Positions 12,583 through 22,463 of a stretch of DNA of 64,000 nt are shown here, piece by piece. The stretch spans positions 124,001 through 188,000 of the forward strand of contig NW_013657678.1 in assembly GCF_000142905.1 (NCBI RefSeq). The letters run 5' to 3'. Within the stretch, counting starts at the first letter, position 1; every line of letters begins with the position of its first letter. Below the pieces are notes generated by a model. That model searched no databases. It worked only from the letters and a program-made list of their open reading frames with translations, and was not told the origin of the DNA. This DNA comes from Thecamonas trahens ATCC 50062 (lineage: Eukaryota > Protista > Apusomonadida). The position numbers and the translations under genes are program-made.

Positions 12583-13826
12583 CTACTTGCGCTGCTGGGC
12601 ATGCATGTGATCGGCGGTGAGAAGAAGGAACTTGTCGTACAGCTCTTGGTACTGGATATCAGCGTCGTGGAGCTGGGAGTGGAGCAGCTCGTTGGCTCGG
12701 TGAGCATCGTCGAGCCCGCGCCGCATCTCGTTGACTTGAGCTTGGAGAATGGTGATGCGCTCGCGCATCCATGCCACCTCGTGGTCTGGCGCTGCGCGAA
12801 GCCTAGAGTCACGTTCGTGCGGGGAAGGCGGCTCGGGGGTGAGCGGGAGAGGCGAGGCGGCCGGAGTCATCTGGGTCGCAGTCTCAACCACGGCGCGGGG
12901 CGGGCTGGGCGCGGGCGAGGGGGCGTTGGGGGAGCGGACGATGAAGGAGCGGCAGCATGTGCATGACTGTGACTACCGTCCGGACTGCTCCTCGCGCCCG
13001 CCTCGAGCGTCCTGACGTACGCGGCGGTTGCGCCGTGGATGCGCGCGAGGAGCGAGCCGTAGACGCCGAACGCGCCTGCGAGCCTGTCGAGAATGGCGGC
13101 ATGGGCCGAGTACGCATCACGTGCACCTGACACATCGTCAGGTACGCCTCGAAGCGAGGATTCCAGCTCACGCTCGAGTGCTGCAAGGAGTGCCGGCTTG
13201 CGAGCGGTGGAGCTCTGCATCGGATTGCGAACGGTCTCGACGACGAGCGACGTTGGCGAGAGCGCAGGCTTGCGGATGGCCGGCAACCGCTCGACCCGCA
13301 CAGCGGCACGGTCCTCGGAGTGAAACGCAGTCGGCGGTTGGGCAGCGTGCACTTGCTCGGGCCGAACTCCGCCGAACCACGGCCGCGAGACCGGCGGCGG
13401 GGCGTTGATGGGCCGGCGGGCACACATGACGCGAATGTCGTTGCGCAGCGAGTCGACCGCGTCGTTGAGATAGAAGCGGACCGAGTCGTTGCGCGCGCGC
13501 TTTCTTCGGATCTTCAACATCTGCTCTGCCACTCGCGTTCCGCCCGGCACCAGCGGGAGCCGCCGGCGCGCCGTACTCCGGCTGGCGTGGCCTCGACCGC
13601 GGCCACGCCCATGGCGGCCGCTGCGGCCACTCCTTCTTCCATGCTCCACTTCAATAGCCGGCAGCGCGCCCCGCAGCGGCGGCGTATCTGGGTGCATCAG
13701 CCCCCCTCCCTGCCGTCTTGAGCCGTCCTCCCCCCCTCCGCGAGCCTCTGCAGGAGCACCCTCCTCCGCTCCGCCGTCGCCTGCGCCGCCTTGCCTCGCC
13801 ACCACCGCCTCGCTCTCGTTCGGCAT
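12583..13826 (-). CDS. TSNAXIP1_N-like domain plus coiled-coil protein (apparent frameshift near 12897-12932)
   Basis: LERELESSL...AYSAHAAILDRLAGAFGVYGSLLARIHGATAAYV resembles the translin-associated factor X-interacting N-domain. The adjacent frame (12583-12891) encodes a coiled coil. Confidence 0.55.
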
Positions 13827-14225
13827 ACCACACACAAGAGAGCGCTATTTCTCAAACCAAGCTCCAGCTAGCGTAGCTGCAGCGCGTCGACAAGCGGTGC
13901 CGGAAATCTGTCTCACCCGCCCGCGCTTGCACTGCGCCGCAACGAGTTGGGTCTGGCCACCGGTCACCAGCCATTGCCGCCCGATTGCCGGCCACCATTC
14001 GCTGGCCCTCCACTCGCCGCCACTGGCCGGCCCCCCCCCCCACACACCACACACACACACACCACACACCACACACTTCGCCCTCTCCCACTTGTGCCAC
14101 CACCACACACACATACACACACACACACTTCTCCCTCTCCCCTCCGCCCTCGCCACTTCCCTCGCCCCACCACTCCTCCTTCCTTCCCCCCTTTCTTTGG
14201 AAGCCGGCTCGCAAACCTTCCAACC

Positions 14226-15404
14226 ATGGCTGAATCCGTCGTCGAGGCAGATTCAGAACTGCTGCCACCGACAGGCATCCGCAATCCAGGCGCATCAGAC
14301 TATCTGGCTGTTCTCGTTCAGGCGCTGACCCATGTGCCACCCATCCGCAACCGCCTGCTATTCTGGGACAATCCGGATGGCGACAAGGTGGCCGACGCCG
14401 TCGCTGCTGGCACACCACTCTCCGATGCTGTCGAGGCCTGTGCCAGGAGCGCGATGGAGGACGACCATCCGTCGTACCGCATCACAGGCGCACTGCAGCG
14501 GCTAATGGCGCGCTGCATCGCGGGCCCGCGCGAGCAAGCGGCAGAGCTTCGCGATCTCGCCGCCGCGTTTGGTTGGTCCGGGGCCGACCTCGCCCAGGGC
14601 CACGACGCCCAGGAGCTGTATGCGGTCCTCATCGGCGCGCTCGACTCGGAGCTCGCCGCTGACACCGTCGTCGAGGTGTCGGGCGAGGCTGTCGGTCCAT
14701 CTCCCAACCTCATCTCGTCACTGCTCACGGTCTCGGTGAAGCGGACCATCACCTGCTCTGAGGGGCATGTTAGCGAGCGGGCCGATCCTGCGTTCTCGCT
14801 CCAGGTCCGTGTTGCCGGCCAGCTGTCGCTCGTGGCGTCGCTGCATGACACCTTTCTCACGTCAGAAACGTTTGACGGCGACAACCAGTACTCGTGCTCA
14901 CAGTGCGGCGTCCACCGCGATGCCATCATGCGCCACTCGCTCGATCCCGACCTCCCACCGGTCCTCGTCTTCACACTTGCGCGCATCGACTTTGACTTTA
15001 TCACCTTTACTCGCCGAAAAGTCAACTCGTCGTTGGAGATTCCGGCCACACTGAGCAAGGCTGACCTGCTCAACAGGCCCGACGCCGGTGCCGATGCCGA
15101 CGTCGATGCCGATGCCGACGCCGACGCGCCCGCCTACCAGCTCGCTGCAGTTGTGTGCCACAGCGGCACCGCCAACGCCGGCCACTACACTGCACACGTG
15201 CGTGATCCGGCAAGCCAGACGTGGTGGCTCGCAGATGACGCCAACGTCGAGCCGTCGCCTCTTGCCGACGGCGAGTGGGATCCTGTGAACGACACCGGCT
15301 ACATCGCGCTCTACACGGCCGTCAGCGACGATGACGGTGCTGCGCTCACCCCGCGCGACCTCGTTGCGCCGCGGCTGTGGGAGTTGGCCCAAACCATCAG
15401 GTAA
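14226..15404 (+). CDS. USP (peptidase C19) family protein, probable pseudo-deubiquitinase (catalytic Cys->Asp)
   Basis: Cys box GIRNPGASDYLAVLVQAL; GHDAQEL; FDGDNQYSCSQC; LPPVL; His box VCHSGTANAGHYTA...WWLADDANV. Confidence 0.85.
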   Translation: MAESVVEADSELLPPTGIRNPGASDYLAVLVQALTHVPPIRNRLLFWDNPDGDKVADAVAAGTPLSDAVEACARSAMEDDHPSYRITGALQRLMARCIAGPREQAAELRDLAAAFGWSGADLAQGHDAQELYAVLIGALDSELAADTVVEVSGEAVGPSPNLISSLLTVSVKRTITCSEGHVSERADPAFSLQVRVAGQLSLVASLHDTFLTSETFDGDNQYSCSQCGVHRDAIMRHSLDPDLPPVLVFTLARIDFDFITFTRRKVNSSLEIPATLSKADLLNRPDAGADADVDADADADAPAYQLAAVVCHSGTANAGHYTAHVRDPASQTWWLADDANVEPSPLADGEWDPVNDTGYIALYTAVSDDDGAALTPRDLVAPRLWELAQTIR

Positions 15405-16746
15405 ACCAGTTATGTGAGCTGGTGTCGTGTCCGTCCGGCACCAAGTACTCGGTGACAGTTGTCGCGGCGGAGACCGGGAACAGGCCCTTGTCCCCCGACG
15501 AGTTGAGTCCGAGGTACCAGTCGCTTGATGAGTAGGCGAGGACAGAGATGTGTTCGTCAGCTTTGAGGGACAGCTCGTCATCGTCCTCGGCCGGTCGCGA
15601 GCTGGCCGCAGCCATAATGGCAAGTACAGGCGTGGCGCACATGACTGGGAACAGACCCTGGCTTCCGTCGGCCTTCGCCCCAAACCACCACGAGCCATTC
15701 GCAAACTGGTATACATCAAGGTACTCACCACGTTCAAATCCGAGCTCGCCGTCTTCTTGCGGCGCCCACGTGTACACCGCGTACGCCTTGCACAACAAGC
15801 GAGCGTCGGTGCTTTCTCCCTCGGATGATGTCTCGTACTCGTACTCGAGGGTCTCGGGCGTCGACGTGGCCGCCAGCAGCACCGTCTCTTCGCCGCCTGT
15901 CGAGAGCCCACCCGCAGCTGCAATTCGCTCGGCGAGCAGGACGTATGACTTGACCAGATCGGGTTCGATCTCTGTACTCTCGCCCGCGTCGAGGTCTGGG
16001 ACGCTCGCTGCAAGCAACGCAATGTCCGGAACGACAATTGGCACCGGTGACGGCGCCGACGGATCGTCGTCGTCGGCATACGGCAGCTCAGGCACTGGCG
16101 CACTGCTGGATGACGTGGCGGCGCTGATACTCGCAAACGCCGCCGCTTGCGCCTCCTGCGCTCGCCGCAGGGCGGTCGAGTACGACGCCGACACGGCCAC
16201 AGGCGCTCGCGCCGCGAGTTTGAGCTGTGACGGGCGGGCAAAGAAGCCGCGGCGTCCGCGGATGCGGCCAAAGTAAAACACACCATCCGGCACCCCGTCG
16301 GTTGGGCCGGCAAGCTTGGCGCCCTTGCGCGGAATCGCCGCCGCCGCGCCGCCCGTCGCCACATCAAGCTTCTCCGCCAGCACCGCCGGCGACAGCTGGG
16401 CGGCGAGGACGCCGACCCAGAGACCCGGCGCCGACTCGACATAGCCCACATACGCCACCGTGCCACGGCATGCGAGTGCCGGGCAGATCACCGTGTCGCC
16501 CACGCCGACCGAGCACGGATGCTGCTCCGGTGCATACCTCGGACAGAGCGGTGCCCTGATCCACATTGACACCTGCCCCGCGCCATTCCCATCGCTCCGG
16601 CTACCGCCACCACCACCGCCACCACCAATCCGGCCGCTCCGATCATCTTGCCTCCGTCCGCGCCTGCGCCTGGACCTGTCCTTCCGACGCGTGCCCTTCC
16701 TTGGTCCTTTCCTTCCAACTGTGTCTCCTCTGCTCCGACCTGTCAT
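15397..16746 (-). CDS. CAP-Gly plus two SH3 domain protein
   Basis: GTVAYVG...PGLWVGV...GPTDG...GVFYF...RGFFARPSQL (CAP-Gly); two SH3 with ELxF/L...WW/WY.G...GLFP. The 5' end is near a gap, so the start is uncertain. Confidence 0.8.
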   Translation of the reverse strand: MTGRSRGDTVGRKGPRKGTRRKDRSRRRRGRRQDDRSGRIGGGGGGGGSRSDGNGAGQVSMWIRAPLCPRYAPEQHPCSVGVGDTVICPALACRGTVAYVGYVESAPGLWVGVLAAQLSPAVLAEKLDVATGGAAAAIPRKGAKLAGPTDGVPDGVFYFGRIRGRRGFFARPSQLKLAARAPVAVSASYSTALRRAQEAQAAAFASISAATSSSSAPVPELPYADDDDPSAPSPVPIVVPDIALLAASVPDLDAGESTEIEPDLVKSYVLLAERIAAAGGLSTGGEETVLLAATSTPETLEYEYETSSEGESTDARLLCKAYAVYTWAPQEDGELGFERGEYLDVYQFANGSWWFGAKADGSQGLFPVMCATPVLAIMAAASSRPAEDDDELSLKADEHISVLAYSSSDWYLGLNSSGDKGLFPVSAATTVTEYLVPDGHDTSSHNWFT

Positions 16747-16970
16747 GCTAGCAGACCACGGATAGCTACGGAAGCCACTGCAGCGAGTAAGGGGGGGGGG
16801 GGGGTGTAGGGGTAGGTAGGGGAGGGGGAAGAGTGCACGTTGTTTCAGGCAGCCTTCGGCGGTATGGATGTAGAGTCAAGTGCAGGGAGTGGCTGTGGCT
16901 GTGGCTGTGGCTGTGACCGCATCACCAGCGTGTCAGGTCATGGCCACGACCCCCCCCTCGCCCCCCCCCC

Positions 16971-17127
16971 NNNNNNNNNNNNNNNNNNNNNNNNNNNNNN
17001 NNNNNNNNNNNNNNNNNNNNNNNNNNNNNNNNNNNNNNNNNNNNNNNNNNNNNNNNNNNNNNNNNNNNNNNNNNNNNNNNNNNNNNNNNNNNNNNNNNNN
17101 NNNNNNNNNNNNNNNNNNNNNNNNNNN
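16971..17127. other. Assembly gap (N run) flanked by poly-C
   Basis: N bases. Confidence 1.
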
Positions 17128-17241
17128 CCCCCGCCCCCCCGCCAAGGCCACCGGCCACAGAGGGACGACGAGAATGTCCCCCTCACTTCACTTCACCTTC
17201 CCAAAACCCACATTCACACCTCGTCCTCCTTGTCCTCGCAT

Positions 17242-19818
17242 ATGGCCTCGGCCGAATGGACCTGCGCCACATGCACCCTCGCCAACCCGCCAAGCTCGGC
17301 GGTGTGCACCACATGCTTTGCCCTCCGCCCGGTCACTCCAGGCACGGTGCTCTCAGCGCTATCAAGCCCGGCTCGGCCAGGGTCATCGCCGCTGGGCAGA
17401 GGCTGTGATCTGGCTGCTATCCCACACCAGGGCGAGGAGAGGCTGCCGCCGCACTCGCCGCGACCGCTGCCATCGCCGCGCCTCCCGCCGCGGCCGAGGG
17501 ACACCGCGCTACCGGCTCTGGCGGATGCGCTCAGGGCCCTGTCGCTGGATGCCGGCACCAGTGCTGGCTCATCGTCGTCGGGGATGCACGGCATGGCTGT
17601 TCCGATGTCCTCGCCCACCACTACCGATCCGCCGCTAATGGTCTCGCTCTCGCGAGGTGGTTCCGTCGACGTCGTCGATCCGTGGGCCTGCCACATCTGT
17701 ACCTTCTCCGGCAACGCGCAGGGCGCGTTGGCGTGTGAAGTGTGCGCCGCGCCACGACCGGCTCGTGCACCGCACCGAGGCGCGGTTCGCGATGGCGTCT
17801 GGGCCTGCCCAGCCTGCCAGGCTCGCAACGAAGGCGCCGCTGTCTTTTGCACCGTCTGCCACTTTCCCGACAACATTGTTGTCCTCGACAACGCGCGCTC
17901 GCCGCGGCACCAGGTGCTCGCACCGCCACCAGATGCGCTTGAGGCCGACATCATGGGCGCATACCCACTGCCGCACGGCGCGGGCGTCATCTTTCGGGTC
18001 TGGGCTCCGTCGGCCTCGCGCGTCTGCGTCGCCGGTGTCTTTAACAACTGGTCGCCCACCATGCACGTCCTCGAGGCCGAGGCCGACTGCGAGCACTTTT
18101 CGGGCGTTGTGCCATCAGCAGCCGTTGGCGATGCTTACAAGTACGTGGTCTTTGCCCACGACGCCTCGGGCGCCGAAGTCCCGCTCTGGCGCAACGACCC
18201 GTGCGGCCGCTGGCTCTGCGTCCTCCCGGCAGCTGGCGCGAGCGAGAGCGACGCGCCCGAGCCGGGGGTCGCTCCGCCGCATGTCGGAATTCGCCATGAT
18301 CTTGTCTACGACTCCGCGGCGTTTACCTGGACCGACAGCGACTTTGTCCGCCCGCCGTACAACGAGCTTGTGCTGTACGAGCTCCACATCGGCGGCTTTA
18401 CCCCACACGGAACCTGGCTTGCCGCCATCGATCGGCTCCCGTACCTTGTCTCGCTTGGCATTAATGCCATCCAGCTGCTACCTCCTACGCAGGACGCGCA
18501 CACCATTTGCTGGGGCTACGACCCGGTCTCACTCTACTCGCCGCATGACTCGTTTGGCACGCCCGACGAGATGAAGTCTTTTGTCGACGCCGCGCACGCC
18601 CACGGGCTTGCAGTCATCCTTGACTGGGTCCCCAACCACCTTTCTGTCCGCTCCGTGGTCCGCTCGTTTGATACCGCCGACGCTGCGTCGGCTGGTCCAT
18701 ACATCTACGCCGAACCGGAGCTTCGGTCGACGCCGTACGGTCCACGGCCGAACCTTGCGTCGCAGCACGTCCAGGCCTGGCTCATCCGCTCGGCGCTGAT
18801 GTGGCTCGATGAGTACCATCTCGACGGCATCCGAGTCGACTCGACAGGCACACTCCGCCGCAGCGAGCCGGCTTTGCACGCCGGCGCTTCGGCCCGGGGC
18901 GCTGCCGCCGACCTGGTGGAGGCCTGGGAGTTTATGCAGGAGCTGACGTCCATTGTCCGTGCCCGCTTTCCGGACCGACTCCTCATCGCTGAGGATCTCA
19001 ACTCGGAGCCGCTGCTCACCTACGGTGGCGCTGGCTTTGATACCCAGTGGGACCCTGTGTTCTGCTCGATGGTAGCGCACCAAATGACGCTCGCCTCGGA
19101 TGCGCTGCGGTCAATGGATGCCATCGCATCGGCTATCGGCCGTGTGGCCGGCGGCGGAGCGCCGTCGTCACGGCTCATCTACACCGAGTCGCACGACACC
19201 ATTCCAGCCGATCGCGAGTCGCGCCTCCCACACGCCATTCAGCACGGCGGCGAGTCGTTTTTCGCCCTACGTCGCACCCTCCTCGCCGCCGTCCTCCTCC
19301 TCACGTCGCCGGGAATTCCCATGATTTGCGCTGGCCAGGAAGTCCTCGAGAACCATGCGCCGCCGTGGCCGACTCCGCTGTATCTCGACTGGTCCCGGCT
19401 TGAGGCCGCTTCTAGCGACGAGGCTCTGGCGCGGACCCTCTGCACCCTTCATACCTTCCAGACGCTCATCAGCCTCCGGCGCAACGTCCACGGCTGTACC
19501 GGTGGTCTCACTGCCGATTCCGTCCGGGTCTTCCACACCAACGACGCTGCCAACGTTGTTGCCTATCACCGCTTCCACCGCGGTGGGCGTGGAGACGACG
19601 TTGTCGTCATCTGCAACGTCTCCAACACGCCATACGCCGAGTACGCCATCGGCGTTCCGCGCTCAGGCGTCTGGCATGTCCGCCTCAGGTTTGAAGACGA
19701 GCCCGACAGCGTTTCTCGCCTCGTTGCCGCCCGCGGAGCCTATGACCTCTTCCCGTTCTCACTCACCCTCTCTCTCCCGCCGTACTCGGCGCTTATATTG
19801 TCTCAAGACCCGCTGTGA
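17242..19818 (+). CDS. 3x RanBP2/NZF zinc finger - CBM48 - GH13 alpha-amylase-family enzyme (branching-enzyme/TreZ-like)
   Basis: WTCATCTLAN..CTTC, WACHICTFSGN..CEVC, WACPACQARN..CTVC; MGAYP..GVIFRVWAP (CBM48); LYELHIGGF, LGINAIQLLP, WGYDP, AHAHGLAVILDWVPNH, DGIRVDST, LIAED, YTESHD. Confidence 0.9.
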   Translation: MASAEWTCATCTLANPPSSAVCTTCFALRPVTPGTVLSALSSPARPGSSPLGRGCDLAAIPHQGEERLPPHSPRPLPSPRLPPRPRDTALPALADALRALSLDAGTSAGSSSSGMHGMAVPMSSPTTTDPPLMVSLSRGGSVDVVDPWACHICTFSGNAQGALACEVCAAPRPARAPHRGAVRDGVWACPACQARNEGAAVFCTVCHFPDNIVVLDNARSPRHQVLAPPPDALEADIMGAYPLPHGAGVIFRVWAPSASRVCVAGVFNNWSPTMHVLEAEADCEHFSGVVPSAAVGDAYKYVVFAHDASGAEVPLWRNDPCGRWLCVLPAAGASESDAPEPGVAPPHVGIRHDLVYDSAAFTWTDSDFVRPPYNELVLYELHIGGFTPHGTWLAAIDRLPYLVSLGINAIQLLPPTQDAHTICWGYDPVSLYSPHDSFGTPDEMKSFVDAAHAHGLAVILDWVPNHLSVRSVVRSFDTADAASAGPYIYAEPELRSTPYGPRPNLASQHVQAWLIRSALMWLDEYHLDGIRVDSTGTLRRSEPALHAGASARGAAADLVEAWEFMQELTSIVRARFPDRLLIAEDLNSEPLLTYGGAGFDTQWDPVFCSMVAHQMTLASDALRSMDAIASAIGRVAGGGAPSSRLIYTESHDTIPADRESRLPHAIQHGGESFFALRRTLLAAVLLLTSPGIPMICAGQEVLENHAPPWPTPLYLDWSRLEAASSDEALARTLCTLHTFQTLISLRRNVHGCTGGLTADSVRVFHTNDAANVVAYHRFHRGGRGDDVVVICNVSNTPYAEYAIGVPRSGVWHVRLRFEDEPDSVSRLVAARGAYDLFPFSLTLSLPPYSALILSQDPL

Positions 19819-22134
19819 CACGCTTGGTCTGCGTCTCACTTCCGGTGGTGTCTATGACAACGCTTGACTTGGCCCGCTTGTGCCGTGGAAGGTCATCGTC
19901 TGTGGACTCACGGCGGCGCTTGTTGCTGCCAGCCAATGTAGCCCGGGTCCGGTGGAGGAACAGCCGTGCTACGGGCGACGCGCCTGCCACAGCGAGCAGG
20001 CTCTGCAGTAAGGCAGCGGGCTCGTCTACAGCGGCAAGCTCGGCGTCCAGCACCGCCCACATTCGCGCCTGGGTCTCCTCCTCCCAATTGAGGCTCGCAT
20101 CAAAGACAGGCTCGCTGCCGTGGATCGGCGCTGCCAGCAGTGTTGCACCTGTGCTTGCGCGAAGCTCAGCAAAGTTGGCCAGCATGGCATATCCCGCGTG
20201 CTGTGCAAAGCTCGCCAGCGTCGCCGTGCGGTGATCATCCGTCAGCGTCAGCTCGGAGCACTGCAGCAACCGTGCGAGCGCAGTGACTGTCCTTTCCGGC
20301 CAGACGGTGACCAGACATGTCACCAAGTGGCCGAGATCGTCGGGCGCGAGCGCAGCGATGCTTGGCCACACGCTGCTGTCGTTGGTGGCGAGAAGCCAGG
20401 CTGCCAAACTCGCACCTGGCCAAGTCGAAGCCAGCGCGTCGCGAAGTGGCGATGCCCGGCCCATGACGGCGTCGATAATGGCGACGCGGTCAGGCTGAAG
20501 GCAGCGCTGCAGCCATTCCGCGAGCGCGGTCGGCGAGTAGCCCTTGCGGCCATCGACGGCGAGAACGTGCGAGACGAGGGCGCGGAGCGTATCGCGATCA
20601 GAGCCTGCACTGGCTGCGTCACCTTCCACCAGACGGCGGAGATGCCGCCCAAAGAGCACTAGTTCGTCGGGCACATCGGTGTGACTAGTTCCGCACTGCT
20701 GCACTTCGGCTTGAGCGGCAGAGTCGTTCTGACGCCCAGAAGCAGCCTCTGGGAGGGCTTGCTGGGATGGCAGCAGCCGCGACAGCCGGGAGCGAAGCTC
20801 CGGCGAGAGCGGTGCGGCGGCAAAAACAGTTTTGGGCGATGGAATCAAGCCTGCAGCGACAACAGCGCCGACTGCAGCAGATGCTCGTGCTTTTGGATCT
20901 GGTCCCATCTCGGCGCCAGCCGCCAAAGAGCTGAGCACTAACGATGCGAGCGGGACAAAGTCCGGCAGCGAGTGGCGGAGCAGGAGCGCGGCAGGTTCGA
21001 GACGCGCCGTCTCGTGCGGCGCACCAGTAAAGGTGAGCCAGTCGCTAACAAGCGCGGTGCCAAGCTGGTCAACCCGATCCAGCCCTAGCTGCAGTCCAAG
21101 GCCGACGAGCCAGCCCGCGAGCATCCATGGCGGAACGGTGGCTCGGCTCCGGGCGCGGAGGCATCGAACAGCAAACCGGATGGCGGAAGTGAGCTCGGCT
21201 AGCGTGGCGTCGCTACGGGCAGTGCTCCAGCCCCGGGAGGTGACGAGCCAAGTCTGATACCGACCCTGGCTGCCGACCTGAACGTGGCCTGCCATCCACT
21301 CGAGCCGCGCTGCGAGCTGCGGATCGAGCCGGTAACGGCAAAAGACCGATGCTGCCGCTGCCTCGTGCGCGATCTGCCACTCGGGGAAAGGCGCAGTCAG
21401 TCGAAGCACGGCGTCTGCACCTGCCGGCTGCAGCGCGTCAGGCAGCTGAAGCGCGAGGCGGGAGGTGAGCTGCTGCACGCTTGTCCGGAGCTGAGTATGG
21501 CCGCGGCTGCCAAGGCTGGGCTCCATCTCGAGCAGGGCAATGAGGCAGGCGGCAAGGACTGGCGGCGCCTCAGCAGCGAGCCAGGCTGCTGCCGGCTCGA
21601 GGGCGACACAGAGCCAGCCCAGAGTAGCAGCAGCGAGCGGGCCCATGACCGCCGGAGCCAAGGTGGAGGCAATGAGGCCGAGTACATGTGCAAAGCGGAC
21701 AATGCGCATGCGAAGGAGGTGGTCGACAAGGCGCAGCGCCGCCATCTGTGCAGACGGGCGGACGACTCGCCATCGGTTCGTGACGAGCCACGCGAGCCGA
21801 TCGGCGCACCCAGCGTAGCCATCGGTAACCGCATGCGGCAGCAGCACCAGCAGCTCGTCCTGTGCCGCCACATCGGCGCCTGCCGCCATCACACCATACA
21901 TGATGCCCACACCAAGCCGCGCGGCCACCGCCGCCCCGCGCGCCGCCGCCTCTTGCACAGCTTCGGCCGCTGCTTCGGCCTCCTTCCCGGCGACGAGCTG
22001 CTCTAGCACCGCATACGCCGCCTCCCACTCGCCGTCAATCTCCGTGTCGCGGGCGTCGAGCCGAGCATACACCCGCACAGGCGATGTTGGAGGGGCCGCA
22101 GCTGGAGCGACGACAGCAGCGGCATGTTCCCGAT

Positions 22135-22174
<40 letters not shown>

Positions 22175-22237
22175 CCCCTCCTTCCGCCCTCTTCCTGCCC
22201 GCAAAGACCCGATGCCATGGCGCTTGTCCGATTCCAT
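19793..22237 (-). CDS. INTS3: Integrator complex subunit 3 / SOSS-A homolog (divergent)
   Basis: HVQVGSQGRYQTW, AIRFAV, PWMLAGWL, LVSDWLTF, LEPAALLLRHSL and SLNWEEETQARMW align by eye with INTS3 motifs. Confidence 0.75.
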
Positions 22238-22463
22238 ACGAATGACGTGCCCCCACCCCCCCTCAGATAGTCACCCTTGCCAGCTCAACAGAAGGCGACA
22301 AGAGTTGGCTTCCGCGACCGACCCCACCGCCCCCCTCCCCACCGCCGCCGCCGCCGCCACCTGGCAGTCGATCCCTCGTGACGTGGTGAGACCCACATGC
22401 GTCCTGTCCTCAGTCGCTCTCGGCCACACCGCTCTGCACCCCACCTCTCTCCACACATACATC

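Noticed and set aside
12965-12976. 10-nt GT..AG micro-intron to explain the frame change
   Set aside because: Too short, and its removal leads into the wrong frame, which stops at 12884.
16840-17241. ORF extension across the N-gap upstream of the NZF-GH13 gene
   Set aside because: Artefact of Ns lacking stops; ATG 17242 after the C-rich leader is more plausible.
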